A stretch of DNA of 41,536 nt from Octopus bimaculoides (GCF_001194135.2 NC_068998.1:25679413-25720948); one strand, 5' to 3'. Shown: positions 11,221-25,288, numbered from the stretch's first letter. The notes: generated by a model from the sequence alone, not told the origin. Numbers and translations: made by a program.

Positions 11221-11297
11221 CGTGTGTGTATGCATACATGTGTATGTATATACATGTGTGTGTGTGTGTGTGTCTGTGTCTGTGTGCGTGTGTGTGC
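11095..11297. repeat. Compound (GT)n-(TA)n-(GT)n microsatellite
   Basis: Visible repeat. Confidence 0.95.
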
Positions 11298-13809
11298 AGA
11301 GAAAGACAAATATATAGATAGATAAATTTTAGTATTAAACCTACCGATTGGTAGTGTCACTCGAAGTTTGCTGCATTTGTTTAGACTATCCGCACTCAGT
11401 CTTCAAATCCCACTCAAGTATCCTATAGGTGTCATATTTTCAGTCTCAATAAATAGTGTATTAAACACCGGATTGTATGTTGGCAGTAATTTTAGAGTGT
11501 TAGACCGAATGCTTGGCAACAGCGATTCTCTTTCTTTACATCATAATTTCAAATATCCTGCACGGCCACGAAAAGAGGAAAAGAAACGTATTTCTTATAT
11601 CAGGAGATAAAATTGACAAATACTTCAAGCCCTTTCAAACCAGCAGAAACAAAGCTTCCTTTGTACCACTAGATGGTCGGCTGCAAAAAACACACAGACG
11701 CACACAAACAGACACCTATGTGTGTGAGTAGGAATGTACGTACGCATTCATGCTTGTATGCATAATATCAATTGAACAATTTACTGAAATGTTTGCCTAT
11801 GAAAAATGTGTGTTTAAGCGTGTGTTGTGTAAGTGTGTGGGTGTGTATGTATGTATGTCTGTGAATGTGTGTGCGTGAGCGCACTTCTTAGGAACACTGT
11901 CTATCCTGCTGTAATTGAAACTAGTGTAGAAGCTGGAGTACCTAGCAACAATGACAATTTGAAGTGGTAGAAAAGTTAACACTTCTAGATGAAATCAACT
12001 GCTTATTTAGCTTTCGTTTTTTTTTGTTTTTTTCTCAAGTCAAAGATACTGATTTACGTCCAATTATGAAGTTATTTTATTGACAATAAATGTTTTTATA
12101 AAATGCGTATTGTGTAATTCATTAATATGCATATTTTGCTAGTAATATAACTAAAGTGCATCCAGCCGTAGAATATTTGGTCATTGTGCAGGGTGAACAG
12201 TAGTGACGAATGAAAGCAATAGGTTAGAACGATGAGCTTAGGAAAAAGTATCAAAGACATTTACTATGACTGGACGAATTAGTATTTAACGACTCCTGTT
12301 ATGAATTTTGCATTTGGAAGATATCTTCCATTTCGATTTCTCTAATGATGCGTGTTCCATATGTAAATTTCACATGATTTTACAGGAAATAAAAACGGAA
12401 CATATAAATTAACGGTTCAGAAATATCATATTATTCGACATGAAACATCTATTGTAGTCTATAGAATCGAATGAGGTGATTGTTAGTCTGATTGTAAATA
12501 TGATGTTCTAGACAACGAGAAATATTAAAAGAAAAATTTCAGCTATTTTGTAAGTATAATCTTAGCTAATCTATAATGAACACAAACTTGACACTCAACC
12601 AAATAGTTATTACACCTTCATGCGAAGATATCAATATTAATTGTAATGTTACTAATAGAATGATGTCGAGTTAAGGAAATACTGACCATGTAAATTTGCA
12701 TCATAATCAAATGCACATATGGACATTTTATTAGGAAGGGAGTTTAAGTGATGATGTCGAAAATAACAGCATGATTTTGGTCGATGTTTTTCTAAAGTGC
12801 ATTTATTGATAGTATGGAAAAGTTGCTTTGTTTTCATATCTTTCCCAAGAATTCACTGTCGAAATTAGTGTTCTGTCTATAATGTGAATACAGTGTATGT
12901 ATAAATAAAACTGAGCAGCAGTTACATCTTTATATGGGTGTCATAGCTTGGATTATGAACGTAGAGATAATTAATGCAACCCCCGCAATTTCTTCTGTAA
13001 CTCACTGATCTCTATCTATCTTGTTGGGATATTTTAAGACTGCGTTTGAGTCATGGTCCCGTTTGTCTAATAGTTTTCTGCCACTGCTTACTTATTGACC
13101 TTACTTCTCCGTTTCTTACAACATTTGGTTGTTTGGGCGGGAAAATAATTTTTATATCTGACAGTAGGGTCAAACGAATAAAAACGGGAAGAAAAAGAAA
13201 ATTATTCGCTGCAAAACACCGTCGATTTTCGTTTCGCAGAAACCAATGATGAAGAGATAAACACGAGCTGGAGCTGGATTGTTCATGTAACTTTTGTTCT
13301 TAGATGATCACCCTCTGATTACAACAGGAATAAATATCTCGCAGCTATACAGAAAACACATTTTAAATTGTCTTTTCTACAGCTCAATAAATATGAAATT
13401 GTTGTTTATGCTATAAGATGGTGAAACATAGGGGTAGTTAATGCTAAATATTACAACCCATAAAATGGAATGTCGCAGGAATTATGAAGTCAAATAATCT
13501 CTATAAATCTTTGACAATAAAAGGCATATTTACTGTATATGTAGATGTACCTCTACGTGTAGGTTATCATTTTCTGCCGAGACATTGCGTTTCTAGAGTG
13601 CTTTTCTCCTACAAGTCACCAAATGTGTTTGTTCTGCACATAAATGTACTTGACGCGTTTTGCATTTTGATGTTTCTACTAAGATACTTTAAAGGGATAT
13701 GTGTGTGTGTGTGTGTGTTTACAAGCTCATCCCATAAATAATGCAGTTTTTTCAATTACATGAACTAGAAGTCGGATGGGGACGGGATAAATTACCTGCA
13801 TCTACTAGC

Positions 13810-13816
13810 TATAAAA
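13810..13816 (+). promoter_or_regulatory. TATA box of the mariner 5' region
   Basis: TATAAAA about 85 bp upstream of the transposase ATG. Confidence 0.45.
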
Positions 13817-13900
13817 GCAGGTAGTAGTTTACCTTGTGCTTATTCCCCATGCGTGTTTTGAAGAGTGTAGTTCGATTTTAACACTTATTTTTTCAAAGCT

Positions 13901-14786
13901 ATGATGGAAATGACAAAGGAGCATACTTGGCGTATTTTGTTTTATGAGTTCAATAAAAGAAACAACGTAACGGAAAATGCGAGGAATATTAATGCAGTAT
14001 ATGAGGATCGGGCAATAACCGTAAGCCGGTGTCAACGGTGGTTCCAGAAATTCCGAGCCAGAAGCTATTGCCTAGAAGACGAGCCTCGTCCTGGAAGATT
14101 TGCAGAGCTCGACGAGAGACTTCTACAAACTATGGTGGGACAATATCCTCATCGTAACTGTTGAGCAACTAGCAGAGTAGCTTGGATTTGGTAATTCAAC
14201 CATTCATTGACACCTGCGTACCATCGGAAAATGAAATTCAGCAAATTGGGTCAATGGGTTCCTCACAAACATTCCAAGTCTCATTATGCGCAGGGAGTGC
14301 TCTTCTTTGCTGTCACGTCTCACGAATGAACCTTTTTTCTACCGAATAGTAACTGGTGATGAGAAACGGGTTCTCTATAAAAATGCCAAGCGCCGGGGAC
14401 AGTGTGTAGGCAAAAGAGAAACACCGGCACCCCAAGCTAAAGAAGGTCTTCAACTACGTCAGATGCAGTTATATGTTTGGTAGGATATGAAAGGTTTAAT
14501 CTACTCTGAACTTTTAAACCCAAAGGAAATGATAACAAAGCAGATCTACTGCGAGCAGTTTGAGCGACTTAAGTCAGCGCTTGAAGAAAAACGACCATAT
14601 TTGGTTTGAAGACGAAACATGTTCTTCCACCAGGATAATGCTCGGCCACAGACAGTGAGGATGACATTCCAAAGCCTGGAGAAGTTTGAACGGTAAACGT
14701 TGCCCCACCCACCATATTCGCCGGACATTCCCTATCCTATTATCACTTATTGCGCAGTCTTCAAAATCATTTGGACGGAAAAACTA
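13901..14786 (+). pseudogene. Mariner transposase pseudogene
   Basis: HTH region CQRWFQKFR..LEDEPRPGR, WVPH (14255-14266), TGDEK (14352-14366), HQDNARP (14628-14648) and HPPYSPDI..YHLLRSLQNHL. The third Asp is mutated to Tyr (14738-14740). Stops and frameshifts present. Confidence 0.95.
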
Positions 14787-14882
14787 TGTGTATGCAAACA
14801 GTAAGTTACTGTAACGACTATCTCTACTATCTGCTAATGTTGGTATACCGATAACTAGTATGACACGGAACGGATATATATA

Positions 14883-15076
14883 NNNNNNNNNNNNNNNNNN
14901 NNNNNNNNNNNNNNNNNNNNNNNNNNNNNNNNNNNNNNNNNNNNNNNNNNNNNNNNNNNNNNNNNNNNNNNNNNNNNNNNNNNNNNNNNNNNNNNNNNNN
15001 NNNNNNNNNNNNNNNNNNNNNNNNNNNNNNNNNNNNNNNNNNNNNNNNNNNNNNNNNNNNNNNNNNNNNNNNNNNN
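14883..15076. other. Assembly gap
   Basis: N run. Confidence 1.
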
Positions 15077-15170
15077 ATGTCAACGCATGGCCTTGAGTCA
15101 CTCTGTTACTTCTGTTCTAATATTAATAAAAATATATTCCTATTTCAAGCCGTTTTTCCTGTTTACATCA

Positions 15171-16290
15171 ACAGGCTGTCCCGGAATTAAGACAACCAAC
15201 TTTTTTCGATTTTGCCAAAGCAAAATATTGTTATATTTCGGGTCCGTGCGTTGCAATGCAATAGCAAAGCAAACATAATTATGACAACCACATTTGTTCG
15301 ATGTGACCAAATCTGTTTCGAATCATAGCCGTGTGAATGCTTCACACGCCACACGCAGGTGTTCTTACGGAATAGAAGCCCATTTCTGGCGCAGTTTTGT
15401 CTCCAGCGTGCCGAGAGAAGCAGGAGGAGCGCTCGAGACACTCGTCTCCAAAATGGACCAAACAAACGAAATCCAGCAGGTTCAAATCGGGGCTTCTAGA
15501 GAGGTATACATCCTTGCTTATGATGGATGGAATGTTTTTCTAAATCCAGTGTTGTGTATGTTTGGAGTTGTGGGAAGGGGCATCTCGAAAGTCCTAATAT
15601 TCTAACACCAGAGGGCACAAAAATGAGGAGAGACCATCCAGTGGCTATCAGAGCCGACCAAACCGTAACTGACTATGGATTTTGATGTCGATTTCTGTGT
15701 TTAGCCTCCACAGAATAACATAGATTCCGAAGTCGGTCATCCTGATGATTTACTGTCTGTTCGATGTGAAATTTCTTTTCATCAATGAGCACCAACTTGG
15801 AAGCATGCCTTCAGCAATCTGACGTAGTATAAGACTACTTCTCTATATTCTCATGGCCATATAAACTTACGTGAGCTCATGACGGCGGATCATCTTGCAG
15901 AGGTGGGTCTGCGATCCTCCTTCAACACACGATACATCGATGTTCGGTTTATTTTTGCTCTGAGGGGTCCGCACACTGCTTTTACCTTTTTTTTTTTGCC
16001 ATGTTTAGGTCGACCAGCAGTGGAACCTATCACTTGAAATTTCGTGACAATTTTGCAGATTGTTTTTGGTTAACTTTAATCATTTTTTCTATAGCTGTTT
16101 TACTTTCGCCTCCTTTCAGGTGGGTTATGACTATATTTCGGTCCATAGCTATGACCTAATTTTTAAATCTGAATATATTTACTGTAAAACAAAATAAAGA
16201 CACATTCAGCTTTTATAATGATGTATAATTTTCATATCTTATAACATTTATTAATGGCTTGTAAAGCCCGAAACTTCGGTTGCCTTATAT
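15171..16290 (-). mobile_element. maT-like (DD37D) Tc1/mariner-superfamily transposon, decayed and internally deleted
   Basis: TIR-like acaggctgtcccggaattaagacaac at 15171. A partial opposite TIR-like gttgcctta lies near 16279. A transposase remnant sits between them. Confidence 0.8.
15279..16146 (-). pseudogene. DD37D-type transposase pseudogene
   Basis: Reads MDRNIVITHLKGG..KTICKIVTKFQVIGSTAGRPKHGKK..MIRRHELT..LVLIDEKKFHIEQ (D 15781-83)..SVTVWSA..DAPSH (D 15582-84)..SPDLNLLDF (D 15471-73)..WSILE..GHIEQM. There are 36 codons between D2 and D3 as seen, or 37 if the missing Gly of DGAP is restored. Confidence 0.85.
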
Positions 16291-16842
16291 ATACAAAAGG
16301 TACCATAAATGAGAATGGAGAATTATGCATCTTCGAAATATGTTTCTTGCAGTATTATTCTCATTAAATACACTTTCAATTTTAGTCCGACATGTCTTTC
16401 GGCTGGATAAATGTCCTGATGTCCTTTGATGTAGCCTTTATGTACATTTAGTTGGTTCAGTTGCAGCACATATTCCTCAAAGGTAGACATTACTATGCAG
16501 CTTTGTTCAAGATTTATTCAGCGGATGGGTTAAGTGAACTATGTATCACAGGAGCTTTCAAATGTGAGTGCATTGCATCTTATAGCAGAAACTACTGTAA
16601 GGCAATGAATTTCATGACATAATTCCTCACACCCTTGTCATTTTAGTTTCTTATTACTGCTCTGTATCCGACTGATGCTTTGTTGTTAAGTTTGCGAATA
16701 TTTAGTTCTACCAGCTGGTTATTAGTATCACTATACCAAAGGGAACGATAATAAAGATAGAGTATCCCCTGGAAGACGACTTATGAACGTCCAGCTTTTG
16801 CCGAACGCCCTGCACAAATGATTTGTTTATAGTACATGTGCT

Positions 16843-17029
16843 GTACATTAGCTCATTGTCTCCATCAAACTGACGTTATCTGAACAGGTGGACTGTGTAC
16901 CACGCGTCAAGTGTGGGCGTGATCGCAGAGGAAAGTGAGATGAAGTGTTTTGCTCAGGAACACAATTCACCGCCCGGTCAAGGAATTAAATTCACGATCG
17001 CTAGATCATGAGTGCAACATTCTAAGCAC

Positions 17030-17030
<1 letters not shown>
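16843..17030 (-). mobile_element. tRNA-derived SINE with CORE-like central domain
   Basis: Minus strand shows a decayed tRNA head (gtgcttagaatgttgcactcatgatc...gtgaatttaattcc) followed by ttgtgttcctgagcaaaacacttcatctcac, resembling the CORE/MIR-type domain. Confidence 0.6.
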
Positions 17031-17225
<195 letters not shown>

Positions 17226-18694
17226 ATTTCTTAAGGAATGATAAATGTGTATGAAAATAGAATTCTTTAATGCATTTAATGAAGGAATCACTTGCACTTT
17301 TTAAAGAAACTGCTACGACACAAAAGAAGATTATGTTGCTGAAACAAGTTAGTCGTTATACAGTTGCGGTTGTTACTGTTGTTTTTTTTATTATCGTTAG
17401 CCGCAGATCACCTTGATGGCATAGAACTATGATGACAAGTAGTGCGATCACGGACTTTCTGGATTTACGCTTGCACATTAGACTACATTATCAAACAACT
17501 CATGCACATCTATGAAGCGTTATCTAGTGATATGAGAGACATGTTGCTGTTATTTCCTATAGCGAGTGAAATCTCATAGGGATTCCCTTGTTGGTTTGCT
17601 CATGGAGTTCATATAAATGCTTATCTTTGATGATTATTCTTGTCTTTTTCTTCAATTTGCATTTAAAATTCTGTTGATAGTGTTTTCTCATGTTTAACTT
17701 GTTCTACTGATTCTAAGTTAGATTTCTTGCATATTTACGAAATACGTATTTAACATTTTTTTCTGAGATTTGGCTGATGATGCTAAAAAGTGTATTTGAT
17801 AATATATACAAATGCATGGAAATAAAATCCTAATCTGTACAAAATATTAAAATATTTTGCTACATTTTCAAAGCTTGAAAATTCTTTGAGCAGAATGTTC
17901 ATCTATGATGTTACATATTGAATTAATGGAGAGGAATCTATCTATCTCTTTTTAACCGGCATGAGTGCAATGTCTTACAGCTTGAAAGCCCATATATGCT
18001 CGTTTCTCTCTCTCTCTCTTTCTCTCTCCCTCTATGTGTATACACACAGATATATATATATATATATACGAGAGATGTATTGAAACATACATACATACAC
18101 AGCTACTCGTAACGTACGTATTAATTACATTCATTTCATCAATAATTCGTGCTGGGACGATTCCGATATTGCGGAACACTGATGAATTAAAATATAAACT
18201 TATGCTTCTTATTATGTTGGCGATCTTTTGAAACGCATGTATGTTCTATGCAACAGTGAATACCATACCAGTTTTCTCTATGCTATACAGATATATATGA
18301 CTTACAATCATTACTGACCATTAGCCATAAAGGCACGTTACAAACTTTGGGAGCTGAGAGCCGAAAGGTAGGAGTGAGATAAGTAATTAGAAAAAAAATG
18401 ATAAAAAACAGAGTAAAGTAAAAGAATAAAGGAAAATGAAAAGAACACCAGATAATGAAACTTACGGAAAAAACAGCAGTTGTTAAATGGAAGTATGGAA
18501 AAAAGTGAATCAGCAGATTAATTTTATAAATGCAATAAAACTAGAGGGAATAGTCTTGGTGCACTTTCAACGACAGTAATTAGGTCGAATATCAATTGTG
18601 TTTTGTGTTATTAAAGGATTTGTTTATAAAAATGGAATGCAAATGAATCAATGCATCCTGTTCAAAATCGAATGCCTAGTAAGAAACAGAATTA

Positions 18695-18885
18695 TATATA
18701 TATATATATATATACATTTATACACATCCATGCACATACACATGCGCACACATACAGTCGCAGGTACATAGATATATACTTAACACACACACACACACAC
18801 ACACACACACGTACGCACGCACACACACGTGCGTACGCACACACAGACACACATACATACTTATAGATAGATAGATAGATATCCA
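18695..18885. repeat. Compound (TA)n/(CA)n/(GATA)n microsatellite
   Basis: Visible repeat. Confidence 0.9.
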
Positions 18886-20080
18886 TGTTAGTCAATTAAT
18901 TCCGGATTTAATTGATCAATATGGATCTCTATCAATTCCTTCTTAGGAGTGATGGGTAAATGGGTAAAAGAGGTAAACGCATATATATTCGTACATGTAT
19001 GTGTGAGTGTGCATACGTATTAATGTGTTCGCGTATGTAGATGCATCTGTATATGCGTATATACGTATATGCGTGTGTTTGTGTATGTATATATGGACGT
19101 ACGGATACATATATTTATGTGTGGATATGTATGCGTGAGTACATGCATATATACAAATTTTGTTAACATTATACCTTAGAAACGAATATTCCATTCTTCA
19201 TTAACTATGAATTTATTTATATTTATATTTTCACTATTTGATTTATTCATTTATTGTTGTAATTTTATTCACCTACACTATCTTATCTCCAATCAAACTG
19301 CAAATCACTCTCCCGAACATATAACAATACAAATCATAAACAGTATCATTCACTCTGCTATAATGAATCCATAAACACAACCAAGGGCATATGTTTTTCC
19401 TTCTCAAAATATTATGTTCAGGTCATATGAATTAAATATTTTCTTAATATTTACTGAGTGTTAATTGAAACAGATGTAACGGATGTTAATAATAAACAAT
19501 CATTAACTTTTCAATCTCCATATGTATTAATCCTCATGAGACAACACACACACTTTCATAAATACATTGATGCTATTAGATGACACCATACGGAATACTA
19601 TTTCTATTGTGCTACTTTTATCATTTTATTATTCCATTATTTGAGAGAAGCACCGGAAAGGTTAAAAACAAGCTGTCACCCAATAGGTTTGGAATCTTGG
19701 TGCAATCAGTTTGTTGTTCCTCCTCTCCTTCAATGATCGATAAATAGGGACAAATTAATATTTCATTTTAACATTAACCATACATGTGTAAGGAAGCGTT
19801 TAGACGATTAGCTTATCTAGTACATCACTGATGCTACATTCTATCAACCTTGGTGAAATAAATTATAAAGTGCAAGTGAACACCATATTCTATCATAACA
19901 TTGATGAGTGACAGAAAATGCTATAGTGTATTTACTCTATCACTTTTTGTATTTCTCTCTTCATTGTTTCATTGATGATCTGAATCCTCAACTACTTCAC
20001 ACTGTTTTCATTGAGGATGATTTAATTAGACTGGAATCTTGACACTTATTGACTCAAAGTTTTATGTTAGCTTATACATA

Positions 20081-20113
<33 letters not shown>

Positions 20114-20292
20114 NNNNNNNNNNNNNNNNNNNNNNNNNNNNNNNNNNNNNNNNNNNNNNNNNNNNNNNNNNNNNNNNNNNNNNNNNNNNNNNNNNNNNNN
20201 NNNNNNNNNNNNNNNNNNNNNNNNNNNNNNNNNNNNNNNNNNNNNNNNNNNNNNNNNNNNNNNNNNNNNNNNNNNNNNNNNNNNNNNNNNNN
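20114..20292. other. Assembly gap
   Basis: N run after (TA)n. Confidence 1.
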
Positions 20293-20454
20293 GAGGGAGA
20301 AATAACAAACATAAGCACATATGCCCAGATAAGACACGAAATGTATTTAGCGTATATATTGTTTCATTACACAATAGGATTGTTGGCAAGCAAAATTTAA
20401 TATCTACGAACAACTTATTATTATTATTATTATTATCATTATTATTATTGTTAT

Positions 20455-22330
20455 AAATGTCGCACAGTATACAATATCGTGAGGTTGTTGATTGAATATA
20501 TTGTGTCTACTGGGCGTTTGTACTGTTTGTCAAGTCACAACAAAGACCTCAGACAGACAGTACTTTACGGAATATCCGTGCAGTTCCAAGCAATGCCGAC
20601 GTTTGCAATACATCTAGATTGTAGGGTATCTCTAAGGTTTTCAGGTGGGGTTTTTTTCAGATTGGGTGGTATTGAACCCAATACTCCGATGTAAATAGGG
20701 ATAACCTTCATATTCGACTCCCGTAGATGCCACATCTTAGCAATCTCAATTCTCAGGTCTCCATAATTATCAACTTTCTTTCATGATGATATATTGATCT
20801 CCTGGCACTGCTACGTCGATTATTAAGCACTCTCGTTTGTAACCTAAACGATATAGTAAGCTAAAGGTTACTATATCGGGCCTTCAGTGCTCTAACACTT
20901 GGTCCATCTGGAAATCAAAGTCCCAGATTTTGCCTTCCCCTTTTCGTCCATTAAATTTTCCAGTATGCGTTGGTACCAAGCACCCGTAATCTCATATCCA
21001 TACTTCTGGCATAGTAGGCAGTGGATAATGTGGGCTACTTTGCCGTGTCTACGCTTGTACTCTTTCTACACAAGACTTTCACAATCACTAACAATGTGAG
21101 TCACGTTTTCGACCCTCTTCCCACACATTCTGCAGAGGTACAATGCACTTGTATGGTATATATTCTTTTTCACTGAGTTGGTATTCAATGCCTGGTCCTG
21201 GGTGGCGATGATTAGGCTTTCAGTATTTTTTTCTAGGTCACCCTTCTGGAGCCACCTCCATGATGCTCCTTAGTCTTTTAATTTGTTGGTTTCACGGTGG
21301 AACTGACCATGTAATTTCATGCAGAGTAGGTTTTTTTCTTCCTCGTTAGCTGTTCTTGTTCGGAATTCAAGAACACTCTTAAGCCCATTTGTGTTAACTC
21401 CTCGTGCAATAGCAGCATGTGGCGGCAGGACTTCTTTGCTGTTTACAAAATATTCTGCCATGTTTTTTCCTTCACGATTGAAGCACTCCCGTACACTAAT
21501 CAGCCCGCGTCCATCCTTACCTCTCCTCGTGTAGAGCCTGTGTACATTTGCCTTAGTGTGGAGGGCACCCTACATTGTCATTGTCTTTCGGGCAGTGCGA
21601 GGGAGTTGGTCAATCTCCGTTTGTGTCCATCTCAGAATGGGTGCACTATAGCGGACTACAGCAACAACCTATATGTTGATGGCAGTCACAAGGTTCTTTG
21701 AGTTGAGGTTTGATTTCAAGAAAAGTTTGAGGCGCTTGAAATATGCAGTGATGACCTTGTCTTTCACTTCTTTGTGCAACATATTGTCCAGCCCCAGGAT
21801 CCCAAGGTACTTGTACCCATCATCATCCGGATCTTCCATTCTCACTCCGTTTAGCAAATCTATGCCCCTAAAATTTATTCTTTTCCCCCGCTTCAAATTA
21901 AGCACCACACACTTCGAGATACAGAATTTCATCTCTATATCCTTGATGCACGTTTGCACAGTCACAACCAGCCTCTCCATTTCAGACTCTGGTTGTGCGA
22001 ACAGTTTTAAATCATCTATGAAGAGAAAGTGGTTGAGACGACGTCCGTTCTTTCTCGTTGATTTTACGGAGGATTACAGATCAAGGCTATAACAAGAATC
22101 TACTTGGAATCTCTTTTGGTTGTTACCCCGGCTATGTGCTGGTTGTTACAGGAAAGACGCGTTTTCAAACTAGGCATGCTGTTCTTAATCAGTTCACACA
22201 CGTTCTTATCTATTTCATACATGTCGTATGTCTCCAAAATCCACGAATGCAGCAACGTGTCATAAGCCTTTTTGCAGTCTATCCAGACCATGCATAACTT
22301 TTTTTTGGTATCGTTTACAGTCCTATTGTC
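20455..22330 (-). mobile_element. R4/Dong-clade non-LTR retrotransposon, copy A (5'-truncated, decayed)
   Basis: Reads WIDCKKAYD, HFLFIDDLKLF (22011-22022), YKYLGI, KLHGQF, CCHC CRMCGKRVENVTHIVSDC (21081-21134), RRHGKVAH, REL endonuclease RPDIV..IIDVAVPGD..IPIYIGVLG, and ends LLGTARIFRKVLSV*. Flanked on both sides by (TAA)n on the coding strand. Confidence 0.92.
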
Positions 22331-22334
22331 ATTT

Positions 22335-22337
22335 TTA

Positions 22338-22434
<97 letters not shown>

Positions 22435-22495
22435 CATTATTATTATCTCACTATCATCATCATCATAATTATTATTATCATTATTATTATTATTA
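22335..22495. repeat. (TTA)n/(CAT)n microsatellite
   Basis: Visible repeat at the 5' junction of Dong copy A. Confidence 0.97.
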
Positions 22496-22534
22496 CGTGT
22501 GTGTGTATTTTCCTCGTGTAAGAATCACCATCAG

Positions 22535-22640
22535 CTTCTTCTTCTTCTTCTTCTTCTTCTTCTTCTTCTTCTTCTTCTTCTTCTTCTTCTTCTTCTTCTT
22601 CTTCTTCTTCTTCTTCTTCTTCTTCTTCTTCTTCTTCTTC
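22535..22640. repeat. Pure (CTT)n / (GAA)n tract, about 35 units
   Basis: Uninterrupted CTT run. Confidence 0.98.
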
Positions 22641-23269
22641 ATTATTTTTTTCTCTTTCAATTATGTTTCCATTACTTGCCAAGTCTTTCTGAAACCTACG
22701 ACAAAGAAACACACTGTATACATTGACAGCCCATTAAGATATACACATTAGATTGTTCATTTACAAAGTCATGTGACAGAAGAAAAGGGAAAAAAGAAAG
22801 ATGAAAGGCAGAAAAGAAAAGGAAAAAAGAAAAAAAGAAAAAAACAATGAAAGAAGAGAGTGGGGTTAAAGAAAATTTACGGTGACAGTGCTCTTCTCTA
22901 TAAATGTTACGTACCACTTAAAGCAATGCTTTGCACCTCTTGCATAGATGGTAACAGAGGGAACATTCTCAAATAATTTTCAGTTTCTTCTTTAATGAAG
23001 AACTCCTACAATCACTGTTATTGCAAACGTCTTGAGATGCAAATCTCTTTTCGATTTCAATCAGCAAATCTTTATATGTTGTGAGTTTATCATATTCTTT
23101 TGCTGAGATCTTATGATCACAAGGAATCTTCACTTGAAGCAATAAACGGACTTTATTCTTTAGATTTTACAGAAAAATATCCGGTTAATTAGCTTCGATG
23201 GCACGGTCTATATGCATTGGAAAGTCCCAAAGAATTGTAACATTTTTTCCCTCGGTTACAGCCTCTGAG

Positions 23270-25225
23270 TGGTACTTCTACCATCTGTCAGCAGATTTGA
23301 TTCTAAAATACCAACATATTAACCTGTGTAGATCTTGGCCAACTTTGTAATGTCTACAGGTGCAGATTAAGTTGTCCACTGTGTCAATCTCATTGTTGCA
23401 GTATCGGCATTTTGGTCTACTCCATTTTTCATCACATTGTTTTTGTAGTTCCCAGTCAATAAGTTCTGAGCATCTAAGATGAAGCCTTTTCTCTCTGCAT
23501 TTAGCCCTGAGATCCGTAGACACTGATAAGTATGCTTCTGGTCTACAACAGCGTGTTTTCTACGGGCCGTATATTTGTCATGCAGAGATTTCTTCTTCCC
23601 ACCTATCAGCCAATTGTTTATATATATATTTTTTCTTTGCCTCTGATTTCAACTTCCTTTGCAACAACAGTTGCCGTATTCCCTCCATGCTGTTCAACCT
23701 TGGTATTATCCATGAACTCAATAGAAAAAAATATTTGCTCTCCTTCATGATAGAATGTAGATTCTTATGTCTCTCGCGATTTTCAACACGTTTTAGCATC
23801 TAGTCGTTAGATAGTTCAAGATATTTATTTGGCCAGTCCAATTTTGGTGCTTTTGTAAGAGATTTCAAATTGGATCAAGCCTCGACCTCCTTGGGCTCTG
23901 AGAAGATAAAGACGATCTGCGTCTGCCTTTGGGTGGTGCATCTTGTTGCAAGTCAGCCGCCTACGGATTTTCAAGTCATTTTTCTTTATTTCGCTGAAAT
24001 TCCAGTTTAACACATTAAAGCTATAAATAACAACTGGAACTGCTAAGGAATTTATGGCTAACACCTTGTTACGTGCATCTAACTCAGATTTCAGGGCTGC
24101 TCTCCTGTAACATTCCCACCAGATCTTCTTTTTCATGCTAAATGACAGGGCCCTCATTTATTCCGAGGTATTTGTAAGTTTGTTCCTGCTCAAGTTCTTT
24201 TATCCCTGTGTCAACATCACGACTGAATTTGAGGTCTTCCATTCCCCTTTCTGGAAAGTGGCCTTGTCACATTTAGCAAGACTAAACAGTTATTATGACA
24301 CAACTGAATACTTTCACTGTATGTAATAGGCCTTCAAGCTCATTATTGTCTTTGCCATAGAGATTTAAGTCATCCATATAAAATAGATGCCTTATTTTCT
24401 TATTGTCAGTTTTATACCCATATCCTGTTCCGTTAAATTCACACGTAAGAGGTATTAGGGCTCTGCAAGAAAATACAGGTGAATTTAAGTCACCATGGGA
24501 AAGGCCACAGCTGATGTTAATATTGATTGAAGTCAGTACTCCATTAGAGTGGTATGATTGGAGATTGGTATTCCACACTGACATGTTATGCTTCAGGAAG
24601 TTTGAAAATACAGGAGAAATTTTGAAAATATCCACGTATTCCATGATCCATGAATGCAGTACGCTGTCAAAGGTGTTTTTATAAGGAATCCACGCGGAAC
24701 GGAAATTTCAGTGCTTGTTATTACAGTTCCCAAGGATCATGCGAATGATTAGGAGTTGATTGTTGCATCCATTTAAGCCTCCTCAGTACCTTTTTTCTTC
24801 ACAGTGGGGAAAATATCGTTCTGTTCCATAAATGAGTATGTTTTCTCGACGTGGATGTATGTTAAAATGTTATAAGTGTTAAATAAACAGGTTACGGGCT
24901 CATATTTTTTTGGAAACATGGCTTCAATATTCTTAGGAAATTGGTAAGTAACACCACTTGCTCACCAATCAGGAGATTTCTTAGGGTCACTCATAATTTC
25001 ATTGAACAGCTGAACTAACTTTTCATGTGCGCAAGAGAATGAAACGAGCAAGAAATTTGGCACATTATCTTTTGAAAGTGATTTCCACTTAAGAGCCTTC
25101 GTGAGTTTCATGCTTAAGCCTACTTTGGTAATGTCTTCCTATGGGTGTTCTGGTAAAATTTGGTAGGATCTTTCTATGGATCTAATCTAGTCTGCATTTT
25201 CATTATATGTCTATTCACTCCAAAT
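23270..25225 (-). mobile_element. R4/Dong-clade LINE, copy B (both ends truncated)
   Basis: Reads PVTCLF, HGDLNSP, HLFYMDDLNLY (24369-24380), RNKVLAINSLAVPVVIYSF, HPKADADRLY..GGRGL and KCRYC. The 5' junction lies in (TAA)n. Confidence 0.9.
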
Positions 25226-25227
25226 AC

Positions 25228-25288
<61 letters not shown>

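Larger units (their letters stand above)
13720..14786 (+). mobile_element. Mariner (DD34D) DNA transposon, left end present, 3' truncated
   Basis: Putative TIR start tacaagctcatcccataaataatgc after (GT)n, then a TATA box and transposase remnant. No matching right TIR is seen before the gap. Confidence 0.9.

Noticed and set aside
13226-13292. Candidate 47-nt exon (ttttcgtttcgcAG...GTaact; ETNDEEINTSWSWIVH)
   Set aside because: The donor is weak, the peptide is not recognisable, and such matches are expected by chance in 41 kb.
16330-16500. Possible CR1/L2 RT remnant (minus strand QLNQLNVHKGYIKGHQDIYP)
   Set aside because: The resemblance to LNxxKxxGPD is too weak without a search.
18893-18916. 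24-bp near-palindrome tcaattaattccggatttaattga
   Set aside because: Short, AT-rich and imperfect, so compatible with chance.
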